Part shown: positions 16,778-25,034 of the stretch, piece by piece
Layout: every line of letters begins with the position of its first letter
How positions within the stretch are numbered: the stretch's first letter is position 1
Assembly (NCBI GenBank): GCA_043826455.1
Contig: JBDRQD010000054.1
Span: forward strand, 1-25,034
Length of the DNA: 25,034 nucleotides
Direction: 5' to 3'
DNA from: Candidatus Bathyarchaeota archaeon
GTDB lineage: Archaea; Thermoproteota; Bathyarchaeia; TCS64
Notes under the pieces: model-generated
The model's input: only the letters and a program-made list of their open reading frames with translations
Told to the model about the DNA's origin: nothing
Databases searched by the model: none
Made by a program: the position numbers and the translations under genes

Positions 16778-18040
16778 ATGAGGTACCGTTGCGTTCGCTG
16801 CGGAAGGGCAGCCGACACCGTGGATGGCTTCATCTGCTCCTGCGGGGGCATCGTGGAGGTGGAGCACATATTCCCTGAGGCATCTCTGGAGCTCTTCGAG
16901 CATCGGTTGAGTAATATAGAGGAGCCCTACAATAGTGGGGTCTGGAGGTACAAGGAACTCGTACACCCAGAGATCAACCCAATATACATCGTCACCCGAC
17001 CCGAGGGTAACACAAACCTGTACAGACGGGAAAAAATCTCAGACTACACCGGGATAAAGAACGTTTTAATGAAGCACGAGGGCGAAAACCCCACCGGCAG
17101 CTTCAAGGACCGTGGGATGACCGTAGCTGTATCGGAGGCCGTGAGGTCCGGAGCTGTGACGGTGGCGTGCGCGTCCACCGGCAACACCAGCGCATCTATA
17201 GCCGCCTACGCCGCCCAGGCAGGCCTAAAGGCTGTAGTATTCGTCCCCGAGGGGGAGATATCCCTCAGCAAGCTCTCCCAGGCCCTGGCCTACGGAGCCC
17301 AGGTGATCCAGGTGAAGGGCCTCTTCGACGACGCCATGAGGATCGTCAAGGAGGCCTCGAGGCAGCTTGGCCTCTACGTTCTCAACAGCCTAAACCCCTG
17401 GAGGATCGAGGGCCAGAAGAGCATAGTGTTTGAGGCCCTGCAGCAGATGCATTGGAGCCCCCCGGACTGGATTGTCCTCCCAGCCGGTAACCTGGGGAAC
17501 ACCTCGGCCTTCGGCAAGGCATTGAGGGAGCTCAAGCAGCTGGGCTTCCTAGAGAAGGTTCCACGAATAGCCTCCGTCCAGGCGGAGGGGGCCAACCCCT
17601 TCTACAGGCTCTGGAAGGGCAAGCACAACTGTTTGGAGCCCGTGGAGGCGCACACAGTGGCCTCAGCCATCCAGATAGGGAACCCTGTAAGCTGGATGAA
17701 GGCCCTGGAATCCATCAGGTTCACCGACGGCGAAGTGGAGCAGGTGTCCGACGCCGAGATCCTGGACGCAAAGGCTGTGATAGACGCGACGGGTGTTGGC
17801 TGCGAGCCTGCCTCAGCCGCGTCTGTGGCGGGGGCCAGGAAGCTGGCTGAGCAGGGAGTGATAGACAGAGATGAGGAGGTGTTGTGCATCCTCACAGGCA
17901 ACCTGCTGAAGGACCCTGACACAACCGTCCGATACCACATGGGTAAACTGCCGATGGCTGTTTCGCGCGCCAACAAGTTATGGGCCGTGGAGCCTGATAT
18001 TGGTAGCATAGAGGAGGTTCTCCACACTCCAGTCCTGTGA
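16778..18040 (+). CDS. thrC: Threonine synthase (archaeal type with N-terminal Zn ribbon)
   Basis: CVRCG...CSCGG, PLP lysine motif NPTGSFKDRG, CASTGNTSAS, PAGNLGN, CEPASAA, LTGNLLKDP. Confidence 0.95.
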   Translation: MRYRCVRCGRAADTVDGFICSCGGIVEVEHIFPEASLELFEHRLSNIEEPYNSGVWRYKELVHPEINPIYIVTRPEGNTNLYRREKISDYTGIKNVLMKHEGENPTGSFKDRGMTVAVSEAVRSGAVTVACASTGNTSASIAAYAAQAGLKAVVFVPEGEISLSKLSQALAYGAQVIQVKGLFDDAMRIVKEASRQLGLYVLNSLNPWRIEGQKSIVFEALQQMHWSPPDWIVLPAGNLGNTSAFGKALRELKQLGFLEKVPRIASVQAEGANPFYRLWKGKHNCLEPVEAHTVASAIQIGNPVSWMKALESIRFTDGEVEQVSDAEILDAKAVIDATGVGCEPASAASVAGARKLAEQGVIDRDEEVLCILTGNLLKDPDTTVRYHMGKLPMAVSRANKLWAVEPDIGSIEEVLHTPVL

Positions 18041-18059
18041 CGCCGGGGAGCGTGAACCG

Positions 18060-19481
18060 ATGGAAGTTGAGGTAATCAAGCTAGGCGGCTCCATACTTCA
18101 TAGTAGGGAGGCTTTCGAGAGGGCTGTCAAGATAGTTGAAAGGGAGATGAATAAGGGTAGGCTGCCCGTCCTCGTGGTCTCGGCTATGAAGGGAGTCACG
18201 GACAAGCTGATTTCAGCACTGGATAGAAGCCTGAATGACTGCGAGTACAAACCCGAGGAGTTCATGGAGCAGCTGCTACATGAGCACATCGAGGCCCAGC
18301 CCACGGACCACAGCTCAGTTGAACTCAAAGCAGAGTGCATGAAGCTACTGAACGTCCTCCTATACATCAGATCGTCTCAAGAGTTGGGTGACTCGGTCTA
18401 CGCGTATGCCGTGAGTAGGGGGGAAAACCTCTCATCGAGGGTCCTTGAGGCTCACCTTAAAAGCCACGGGGTAAAAAGCAGGTGCTTCTACGGCGAAGAC
18501 CTGATTGTCACTGACGATAACTGCCTGGAGGCAGCCGTTGAAATAGAGGCTACCCGGAAGAGGCTTCAGAGCCTTCTGGTCCCGGTGATGGGGATGAGGG
18601 TCGTACCTGTTATCGCTGGCTTCGCTGGAAGGAGCCATCATGGCAAGGTCACCATCCTCGGAAGAGGCGGAACAGATGACACAGCTGTGAACGTCGCGTA
18701 CGGCCTTGGCGTCAAGAGGGCTGTAAAGTACGTCCAGGAGCCCGGTATAATGACGGTGGACCCCCGGTTCATCAAGGAGCTGCATGAGGCTCACCCGGAG
18801 CTCCTGAGCCAGTTCAAAGATCTCCCCGAACCCAGAGTAGTGCCCTACCTCAGCTACGTGGAGGCCTCAGAGCTTCTGCGAGAGGAGAGGACCAAGGTGG
18901 TCCACTACAAGGTGCTGGACCCGCTGATGGAGGGCAGGATAGAGTTCCAGATTAGGAACTACTACGACGAGTCTAGCGAGGGCACCATCATCGGCGTGGT
19001 CGAGGAGGCTTTCTTCAACGGCAGCGGCCCCAAGCCCAAGGCCATCAGCTACCAGAGGGGCCTCCACGGCGTCCAGGTGCTGCCCAGCCAGTCCGCTACA
19101 CCCTCAGAGGCCTACGCGAAGGTGTTTGGGCGCCTAGCCGAGGCCGGCGTGGACATCAGGTACGTGTCCATCAGTGGCAGCCAGATATCTTTCCTGCTGC
19201 CTGAGGCGGAGCAGGCCCGAGCCCTTGAGACCTTGAGGGGCCTGGACGTGGCTGTGGAGGTGACCCCCATGAAGGGCCGTAAGGGCACCTTCAGTGTGGT
19301 GGGCTCTGAGATGAGAGGCATGAAGGGTTTCTTCAGCAGGCTGACGGGAGTGCTGGCCAGGCACGGCGTTAACATCGAGCAGGCGACCCAGCCCAACAGC
19401 GAGAACATCATCAGGTTCGGCCTCGATGACGCCGATATTCCTCTAGCGGTGGCGGCGGTCTACAACGAGTTCTTCAGGTGA
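18060..19481 (+). CDS. lysC: Aspartate kinase with C-terminal ACT domains
   Basis: VIKLGGS, VVSAMKGVTD, SRGENLS, GRGGTDDTA, GIMTVDPR, SVVGSEM. Operon context supports the call. Confidence 0.88.
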   Translation: MEVEVIKLGGSILHSREAFERAVKIVEREMNKGRLPVLVVSAMKGVTDKLISALDRSLNDCEYKPEEFMEQLLHEHIEAQPTDHSSVELKAECMKLLNVLLYIRSSQELGDSVYAYAVSRGENLSSRVLEAHLKSHGVKSRCFYGEDLIVTDDNCLEAAVEIEATRKRLQSLLVPVMGMRVVPVIAGFAGRSHHGKVTILGRGGTDDTAVNVAYGLGVKRAVKYVQEPGIMTVDPRFIKELHEAHPELLSQFKDLPEPRVVPYLSYVEASELLREERTKVVHYKVLDPLMEGRIEFQIRNYYDESSEGTIIGVVEEAFFNGSGPKPKAISYQRGLHGVQVLPSQSATPSEAYAKVFGRLAEAGVDIRYVSISGSQISFLLPEAEQARALETLRGLDVAVEVTPMKGRKGTFSVVGSEMRGMKGFFSRLTGVLARHGVNIEQATQPNSENIIRFGLDDADIPLAVAAVYNEFFR

Positions 19482-19485
19482 TTTT

Positions 19486-20556
19486 ATGAAAAAGAATGCT
19501 GTAATACTTGGAGCTACCGGCGCGGCTGGACAGAACATAGTGGAGTTCGCATGGGATCACCCGTGGTTCGAATTGGGCTGTCTTGGCGCCTCGGAGAGGT
19601 CCCACGGTTTAAACTACAAAGAGGCCATTCGGGGCGCCGTGTTCTTCGGCGACGAGCCCGGTGAAGAGGTCCTCAACATGAAGGTCCAAGACATCAACAG
19701 GTTAGACCCACGAGACTTCGACATCGCCTTCAGCGCGCTACCCTCCGAGGTGGCCAGGGTAGTGGAAGCACGCTTCGCCGAGCACATCCCCGTGGTAAGC
19801 ACTGCCTCCGCTTACAGGTACGAGCCGGACGTCCCCATACTTCTACCGGAAGTGAATCCGGAGCACTTGCATCTGGTCGAGGCTCAGAGAGAGAACAGGG
19901 GCTGGGACGGGTACGTGGTGCCGGGCCCCAACTGCACAACAGTGGGGCTGGTCATGACCTTGAAGCCTATCCACGACAGGTTCGGCGTCGAGTCGGTCAG
20001 CATGGTGTCCCTTCAGGCTCTCTCGGGAGCAGGTGAGAAAGGGCTGCGATTCGACTCACCTTATAGGCGCAGCGTCGAGATGAACGTTCTGCCGTTGATT
20101 GAGGGAGAGGAGGAAAAAGTGGCGCATGAGACTAACAAGATTCTCGGTGCCTTAAACGAGGGAGGGGTGGAGCCTGCCTCAATAAATGTCCACGCCACCT
20201 GCACCAGGGTCTACGTGGAGACAGTGCACACAGAGGCTGTACACCTCGGCGCATCCAGGCACGTGACCGTCAAAGAGGTAAGAGAGGCCTTAGAGGATTT
20301 CCGCTCCGAGCCCCAGACCCTGCGTTTGCCCATGGCCCCAGAGCAGCCCATCCATGTGGTGGATGACGAGTACGGGCCCCAGCCCCGGGTTCACGGCAGT
20401 TACCCGGACATGGTGACGCTGGTGGGTAGGCTTAGGGAGAACAGGCTTTTCAGGAACGGCCTCTCCTACGTGTTGACCAGCGACAACCTTGAGAGAGGAG
20501 CTGGGGGAGGAGCAATGCTCACAGCGGAGCTCCTACTGAGGAAAGGATACGTCTAG
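19486..20556 (+). CDS. asd: Aspartate-semialdehyde dehydrogenase
   Basis: ILGATGAAGQ Rossmann motif, PEVN, catalytic PNCTT, QALSGAG, TCTRV...H, DNLERGA. Confidence 0.93.
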   Translation: MKKNAVILGATGAAGQNIVEFAWDHPWFELGCLGASERSHGLNYKEAIRGAVFFGDEPGEEVLNMKVQDINRLDPRDFDIAFSALPSEVARVVEARFAEHIPVVSTASAYRYEPDVPILLPEVNPEHLHLVEAQRENRGWDGYVVPGPNCTTVGLVMTLKPIHDRFGVESVSMVSLQALSGAGEKGLRFDSPYRRSVEMNVLPLIEGEEEKVAHETNKILGALNEGGVEPASINVHATCTRVYVETVHTEAVHLGASRHVTVKEVREALEDFRSEPQTLRLPMAPEQPIHVVDDEYGPQPRVHGSYPDMVTLVGRLRENRLFRNGLSYVLTSDNLERGAGGGAMLTAELLLRKGYV

Positions 20557-20774
20557 TCCACGGGTACAAGCACATATTTTTTACTCATATCAGTTGCATG
20601 GCAACTGAACCTGCCTCTGAAAGGCTCAAACAAACCGAGTTCAGGCCTCACTTCGCACTCTATGACGGCGCTGGACTCTTGTACCCCGTCTCCCACGACA
20701 CTGCACGACTTTAACAACACGGCTCCATGTTTTATACAGTGAGGGCAGTCAAGGCAACTCGGTTGCGTGCTCAT
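20553..20774 (-). CDS. Cys-rich hypothetical microprotein (CxxCxxC)
   Basis: 73 aa with six Cys. Its ATG overlaps the upstream TGA (ATGA at 20774-20771), suggesting translational coupling. Confidence 0.6.
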   Translation of the reverse strand: MSTQPSCLDCPHCIKHGAVLLKSCSVVGDGVQESSAVIECEVRPELGLFEPFRGRFSCHATDMSKKYVLVPVD

Positions 20775-22060
20775 AGATTGAGGCCCCCTGCGGCGTTCAT
20801 GGCCCCGACGGCGCCCTCTATGCTGAAGCCCTCAGGTATCTCGACATGGTTTTCACCGCGTAGGAACAGGAACGCGTTATCATCCCTGTGGGTCCCGCTC
20901 AGCCTGTCATGTTGAAACAGTCTGTTGCATTGGAGGCTGGTCTTGAAGCTGAACCCTTGCCTAGGTAAGACCACCAGGTCTGGACCCATCTCGGCGTAGG
21001 GCCCACTGAAGAGCTCGCTCCGGGTGTAGACTCCTTTCACCACGCTCAGGCCCTTGTAGTAGACGCCCATAAGAAGCTCTGTGAGCTCGCCCAGGGTCTG
21101 CTCTCTGTCTTCTTCTGTGACGCGTCCACCGGGGAACCGGTCCACAGAGTTCAGGTATATCTTGTTGGTCTCCGCGGCGAAGGCTCTGCTCTCTGGCTTC
21201 ACCGAGGTATAGTCCGTGGCCGGTTCACGGGTCTTCAGGTACCCTGCCTTGACGAGGAGCGTGTTGAGGTTCATTGATACCTTGGCTGAGCCCATGCCAT
21301 GGTCGCTCAGTATCATCAGGGGTGTATCCTCACCGATGAGGCGGCTCAGTTCACCTATCGCCTTGTCCACCCGCTGGTAGTATTCGAGGAAGTCCTGGCG
21401 GAGCTGGTGGCCTCTGTCGATGTAGGCGTCCCAAAGGTAGTGGCCTATCCTGTCGGTTCCAGTGATTACGAGGAAGAACAGGTCCCAGCCGTGCTGCTTC
21501 ATAAGGGCCTCCGCTGTCTCCACCCTCTTCTGGAGGGCTGCAGTAAGATTCTTGACGAAGCCCCTGTAATCGGTAGTCTCCTCAGGCGCCTCCACATCGA
21601 TCACGTATCCTATGTTTCTGAGCGTCTCCTCCAGACAGCCCGGGTAGACCGCTTTCCTGAGGCTGGGCGAAACGAACCCGGACACGTGGACGCCGTTGAG
21701 GGGCTGTGCGGGGTAGGATGCGGGAAGGTTGATGATGAGGCATTTATTGTCCGGGTTTCGCGCCCAGAATGGCTGGGCCCTCAGCTTCGAGGTGTGGTGG
21801 TACCACGAGTTGTAGGTGCCGGGGATGAAGTCGGTGAACCCGTAGACGCCGTGGACGCCCGGGTTCTTGCCCGTCACCATGCTGGTCCAAGACACTGCGG
21901 AGTTGGGGGGCTGGCTTGACCTCATCCGGTTCAGCTTTCCTTGGCCTATGATCTCTTTGAGGTTGGGCATCACGTCTCGGCTTGTCAGGTCCTCGATGAG
22001 CTCGATGGGTACGCCGTCTAGGCCGATTATGGCTGCCTTCTGTCTCGTCTCCACCCACAA
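20771..22060 (-). CDS. Alkaline phosphatase superfamily protein (type I phosphodiesterase/nucleotide pyrophosphatase-like)
   Basis: IIGLDG, PPNSAVSWTSMVTGKNPGVHG nucleophile region, TDRIGH, ILSDHG, SGTHR. Confidence 0.9.
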   Translation of the reverse strand: MWVETRQKAAIIGLDGVPIELIEDLTSRDVMPNLKEIIGQGKLNRMRSSQPPNSAVSWTSMVTGKNPGVHGVYGFTDFIPGTYNSWYHHTSKLRAQPFWARNPDNKCLIINLPASYPAQPLNGVHVSGFVSPSLRKAVYPGCLEETLRNIGYVIDVEAPEETTDYRGFVKNLTAALQKRVETAEALMKQHGWDLFFLVITGTDRIGHYLWDAYIDRGHQLRQDFLEYYQRVDKAIGELSRLIGEDTPLMILSDHGMGSAKVSMNLNTLLVKAGYLKTREPATDYTSVKPESRAFAAETNKIYLNSVDRFPGGRVTEEDREQTLGELTELLMGVYYKGLSVVKGVYTRSELFSGPYAEMGPDLVVLPRQGFSFKTSLQCNRLFQHDRLSGTHRDDNAFLFLRGENHVEIPEGFSIEGAVGAMNAAGGLNL

Positions 22061-22075
22061 CCCAATTTAATAATG

Positions 22076-22095
22076 TTACTACTAAGGAGTAGTAA
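22076..22095. promoter_or_regulatory. Perfect inverted repeat in a divergent promoter region (operator-like)
   Basis: TTACTACT-AAGG-AGTAGTAA between the divergent AlkP and CapA genes. Confidence 0.5.
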
Positions 22096-22183
22096 ATAAG
22101 TTTAGTGGGTTGTTGGTTCCTTCACACACCATGCCCCTGACTGGTTTTTTATCCTCACGTGTCTAACTTTACCCGGTGTCGGT

Positions 22184-23485
22184 TTGAAGGAGATAAGTCT
22201 GGTGGCTACGGGGGACAGCCTCATCACCATGAGGCAGTCGGTTCACTGTGAGCCCGAGTTCATGAAGCTGGTGGAGCTGGTGCGGGGAGCGGACGTGGCC
22301 TTCGCTAACCTGGAGATGCTGCTCCACGACTACGGTGAGGACTGTTACCCGGCGGCGGAGTGCGGAGGGACCTACACCCGGGCGCCTCCTCACATCCTTG
22401 ACGAGCTCCTGTGGATGGGGTTCGACCTGTTCAGCACGGCCAACAACCACAGCCTGGACTACATGTACGGAGGCCTCTTCAGCACACTGTTCCACCTGGA
22501 TCAGGCGGGGGTGCCTCACGCTGGTACGGGCCGTGACCTGGCTGAGGCCAGGAGGCCCGCGTACTTGGAGTCTGATAAGGGCAGGGTGGCCATGGTCTCG
22601 GCTTGCAGCACCTTCGCCAACTTCGGGAGGGCGGGGGACAGTCGGCGGGACATGAAAGGCAGGCCTGGGCTTAACCCGCTGAGGTATGATAAGTGGTTCG
22701 CTGTCAGGCCTGAGACCATCGAGAAGCTGAGGCAGGTGGAGAGGGAGATGGGACTGCCTGAGGTCTACCAGGAGGAGGGTAGCTACCATTTCCTGTCCAA
22801 CAAGTTCGTGGCGGGGGACGAGGTGGGCTTCTATACGAAGGCCAAGAAGGCGGACGTGGAGGGTAACTTGGAGGCGATCAGGGACGCTGCCAGGCAGGCC
22901 GACTGGGTTCTCTTCAGCCTCCACGCACACGAGGGGTGGCCTGGGGACGACGAGAGGCCTGCGGGGTTCGTTGAGGAGTTCGCCCGGGCCGCGGTGGACG
23001 CGGGGTGCCACTGCTTCATCGGGCACGGCCACCACGCCATGAGGGGCATCGAGATCAGAGACGGGCGACCCATCTTCTACAGCCTAGGGAACTTCATCTT
23101 CCAGAACGAGACGGTGGAGCTGATGCCCTCGGACTTCTACGAGAGGTACAAGATAGACCCCTACTGTGGGACGGTGAGCATGGCCTTCGACGCCCGTCAG
23201 AGGGCTCCGCCTACGCCGGGGTACCCTGTCCACAAATGGTTCACTGAGGACGAGAAGTACTGGATCAGCTTCACACCCCGGATGGTGTTCGAGGGGGACA
23301 GGCTGAGGGAGCTGACGCTGCACCCCATCGAGCTGGGACAGGGTAAGCCCCGGAGCCAGAGGGGCAGGCCGACGTTGGCTGACGCCAGGACGGGGGAGAA
23401 GATCCTCGGCATAATCAGTAAGCTGTCAGAGCCTTACGGCACGGAGATCGTTGTGAAGGACAACGTGGGCGTGGTAAGGCTCTGA
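22184..23485 (+). CDS. CapA-family (PGA_cap) metallophosphatase-fold protein
   Basis: ATGDS, FANLE, ANNHSLDY, SLHAHE, GHGHH, YSLGNFIF motifs. TTG start. Confidence 0.9.
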   Translation: MKEISLVATGDSLITMRQSVHCEPEFMKLVELVRGADVAFANLEMLLHDYGEDCYPAAECGGTYTRAPPHILDELLWMGFDLFSTANNHSLDYMYGGLFSTLFHLDQAGVPHAGTGRDLAEARRPAYLESDKGRVAMVSACSTFANFGRAGDSRRDMKGRPGLNPLRYDKWFAVRPETIEKLRQVEREMGLPEVYQEEGSYHFLSNKFVAGDEVGFYTKAKKADVEGNLEAIRDAARQADWVLFSLHAHEGWPGDDERPAGFVEEFARAAVDAGCHCFIGHGHHAMRGIEIRDGRPIFYSLGNFIFQNETVELMPSDFYERYKIDPYCGTVSMAFDARQRAPPTPGYPVHKWFTEDEKYWISFTPRMVFEGDRLRELTLHPIELGQGKPRSQRGRPTLADARTGEKILGIISKLSEPYGTEIVVKDNVGVVRL

Positions 23486-23514
23486 CTCCACTTTTTCATA
23501 GTTGAACGCCGGCT

Positions 23515-23531
23515 ACAAACAACTTGTTTGT
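23515..23531. promoter_or_regulatory. Perfect inverted repeat (operator-like)
   Basis: ACAAACAA-C-TTGTTTGT. Confidence 0.45.
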
Positions 23532-23576
23532 CGTCACTCTACTACCATAAACGGTTTTTAGATGAGGGGGCGAGGT

Positions 23577-23666
23577 ATGGCGGGGAGAACGGTGTATCGT
23601 TTGGTCCATCCTGCGATTCAGCCCCCACCGTCTCTCTACCAGCCACTCCGGTGGCTGGTTTTATAA
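23577..23666 (+). ncRNA. Candidate small structured RNA (or 29-aa leaderless sORF)
   Basis: TATA-like GGTTTTTA at 23553-23560. Long stem GGCGGGGAGAACGGTG/CACCGTCTCTCTACC, then a perfect 9-bp hairpin and a T run. Confidence 0.3.
23638..23662 (+). terminator. Hairpin plus oligo-T, terminator-like; the T run merges into the TATA box of the next gene
   Basis: ACCAGCCAC-TCCG-GTGGCTGGT followed by TTT. TTTTATAA at 23659-23666 lies ~32 nt before ATG 23698. Confidence 0.5.
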
Positions 23667-23697
23667 TCACCGGGCTACTGTGTATCTCTGTGGTGTT

Positions 23698-25034
23698 ATG
23701 AAGGGCGGTCTTCAACCTGACATGGTTGTTGTGAACGGTAAGATCATAACGGTGGACGGCAGGGACTCATTGGCTGAAGCGGTGGCCATCAAGGGTGGCC
23801 GGTTCGTGGCCGTGGGCTCGTCCAAGGAGATCAGGGCCCTGGCGGGGAAGAGCACGGAGGTCCTGGATCTAGAGGGCGGGACAGCTATGCCTGGGATAAT
23901 TGACAGTCACACTCACCCCAGCAATATCGCGGCCAGGCTCATGGAGGTGGACTTAAGGGCTCCCCCAGTCAGGGATGTAGCTGATGTCCTGCGGCTGGTG
24001 AAGGAAAGGGCTGAGCTGTTAGGGCCAGGTAAGTGGGTTAAGGGGGCTAACTATAATGACTCGAAGCTGGCTGAGCGGCGTCAGGTCACCCGGTGGGAGC
24101 TGGACGAGGCGGCTCCGGATAACCCGGTGTTCATCGTCTCTGACACGGGCCACCAGGCCGTGGTGAACAGCAGGGCTCTGGAGGTGGCCGGAGTGACTGA
24201 TGAGTCTCCTGATCCGCTGGGTGGCGAGATAGAGCGCGACGGCAGGGGGAGGGCCACGGGGCTTCTCTACGAGAACGCGACGAGGTTGGTGAGGGACCAC
24301 ATCCCGGAGTACACGGTGGATGAGCTGAGGGAGAGCTACAGGGAAGTGGTAAGGCAGTTCAGCGAGTGGGGCGTCACCTGCACCCATGATGCCAGCGGTC
24401 ACAGGAACGGTGTTAGGGCCTTCAAGCAGCTGCTGGACGAGGGGGATAGGAGGTTGAGGATGAGGCTCATGATGAGTGTCAGCAGGGATGAGTCTGGGGA
24501 TGTGCTGGACGCGCTGAGGCTATGTGGCGTGGAGAGCGGCCTAGGGGACGAGTGGCTGGCCGTGATGTCGGTGAAGATCATGGGGGATGGCTCGGGGGCC
24601 GGGGGCACCTGTTGCGTCTACGAGCCCCAGAACAGAGGGCCAAAGGGGCTGGGGCTTTGGATGACGGAGCCAGGGGCTGTGGAGGAGCTGGTGATGAGGG
24701 CCCACGAGGCCGGTCTGCGTGTAAGCATCCACAGCATCGGTGACCGGGGCGTGGATATGGCGCTGGACGCCATCGAGAAGGCGCAGAGGGCGAGGCCGGC
24801 GCCGGACATGAGGCACAGGATAGAGCACAACAGCCTGTGCACGCCCAAACAGTTGAGGAGGATCAAGGAGCTGGGGGTGACGCCCTCTAGCAGCATCGGT
24901 TACATGTACGGGCTGGGAGACCAGTACGCGGAGAACTTTGGGCCCGAGCGCTCCAGGTGGCTTCACCCGCACAGGACTATGAAGGAGATGGGTATCGTGG
25001 CGGGGGGTAACAGCGACTGCCCTGTGACCTTCTA
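23698..25034 (+). CDS. Amidohydrolase_3 family (YtcJ-like) metal-dependent hydrolase, 3'-truncated by the window edge
   Basis: Absent from the ORF track because it has no stop in the window. Translation MKGGLQPDMVVVNGKIITVD...AEAVAI...MPGIIDSHTHP...HSIGDRGV...RIEHNS...GNSDCPV matches YtcJ motifs. Confidence 0.9.
   Translation, partial: MKGGLQPDMVVVNGKIITVDGRDSLAEAVAIKGGRFVAVGSSKEIRALAGKSTEVLDLEGGTAMPGIIDSHTHPSNIAARLMEVDLRAPPVRDVADVLRLVKERAELLGPGKWVKGANYNDSKLAERRQVTRWELDEAAPDNPVFIVSDTGHQAVVNSRALEVAGVTDESPDPLGGEIERDGRGRATGLLYENATRLVRDHIPEYTVDELRESYREVVRQFSEWGVTCTHDASGHRNGVRAFKQLLDEGDRRLRMRLMMSVSRDESGDVLDALRLCGVESGLGDEWLAVMSVKIMGDGSGAGGTCCVYEPQNRGPKGLGLWMTEPGAVEELVMRAHEAGLRVSIHSIGDRGVDMALDAIEKAQRARPAPDMRHRIEHNSLCTPKQLRRIKELGVTPSSSIGYMYGLGDQYAENFGPERSRWLHPHRTMKEMGIVAGGNSDCPVTF

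Noticed and set aside
22169..23035. 288-aa minus-strand ORF
   Set aside because: Antisense to the well-supported CapA gene, with Pro/Arg/His-rich shadow composition.
23577..23666. tRNA or tRNA-Sec
   Set aside because: No cloverleaf, no GTTCRA T-loop, and no D-arm or CCA-type end could be fitted.
24019..24972. Several minus-strand and short plus-strand ORFs in the ORF track
   Set aside because: All overlap the uninterrupted YtcJ-like amidohydrolase frame starting at 23698, which carries the family motifs.

Overview
Gene-dense, GC-rich archaeal chromosomal segment. TATA-like boxes lie ~25-45 nt before starts, AGG/ATA codons are frequent and many starts are TTG/GTG. Gene content and style suggest Bathyarchaeia or a related TACK lineage, but that is inference. 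In order: 3' end of a GH172/DUF2961 glycosidase and an FGGY sugar kinase; a large membrane-anchored protein with a C-terminal Ig-like domain; a stand-alone ADP-forming acyl-CoA synthetase beta subunit; an orphan LivM-type permease; an ArgE/DapE (M20) hydrolase; a flavin reductase-WrbA pair; a small Zn-ribbon protein and an orphan response regulator; a long structured convergent intergenic gap; Nfu plus a small HExxH protein; two tandem Mesh1/SpoT-like HD hydrolase paralogs; two GNATs; an MFS transporter; a thrB-thrC-ask-asd operon without hom; an AlkP-superfamily enzyme with a coupled Cys-rich microprotein; a CapA-family protein; a candidate small RNA/sORF locus; and a YtcJ-like amidohydrolase running off the end. 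I saw no rRNA, tRNA, CRISPR array, transposase or integrase. No single clear novel multi-gene system can be demonstrated. The best leads are the duplicated, motif-altered alarmone-hydrolase-like pair, the structured element at ~23515-23666, the structured 10339-10805 gap, and the GH172-FGGY pairing.
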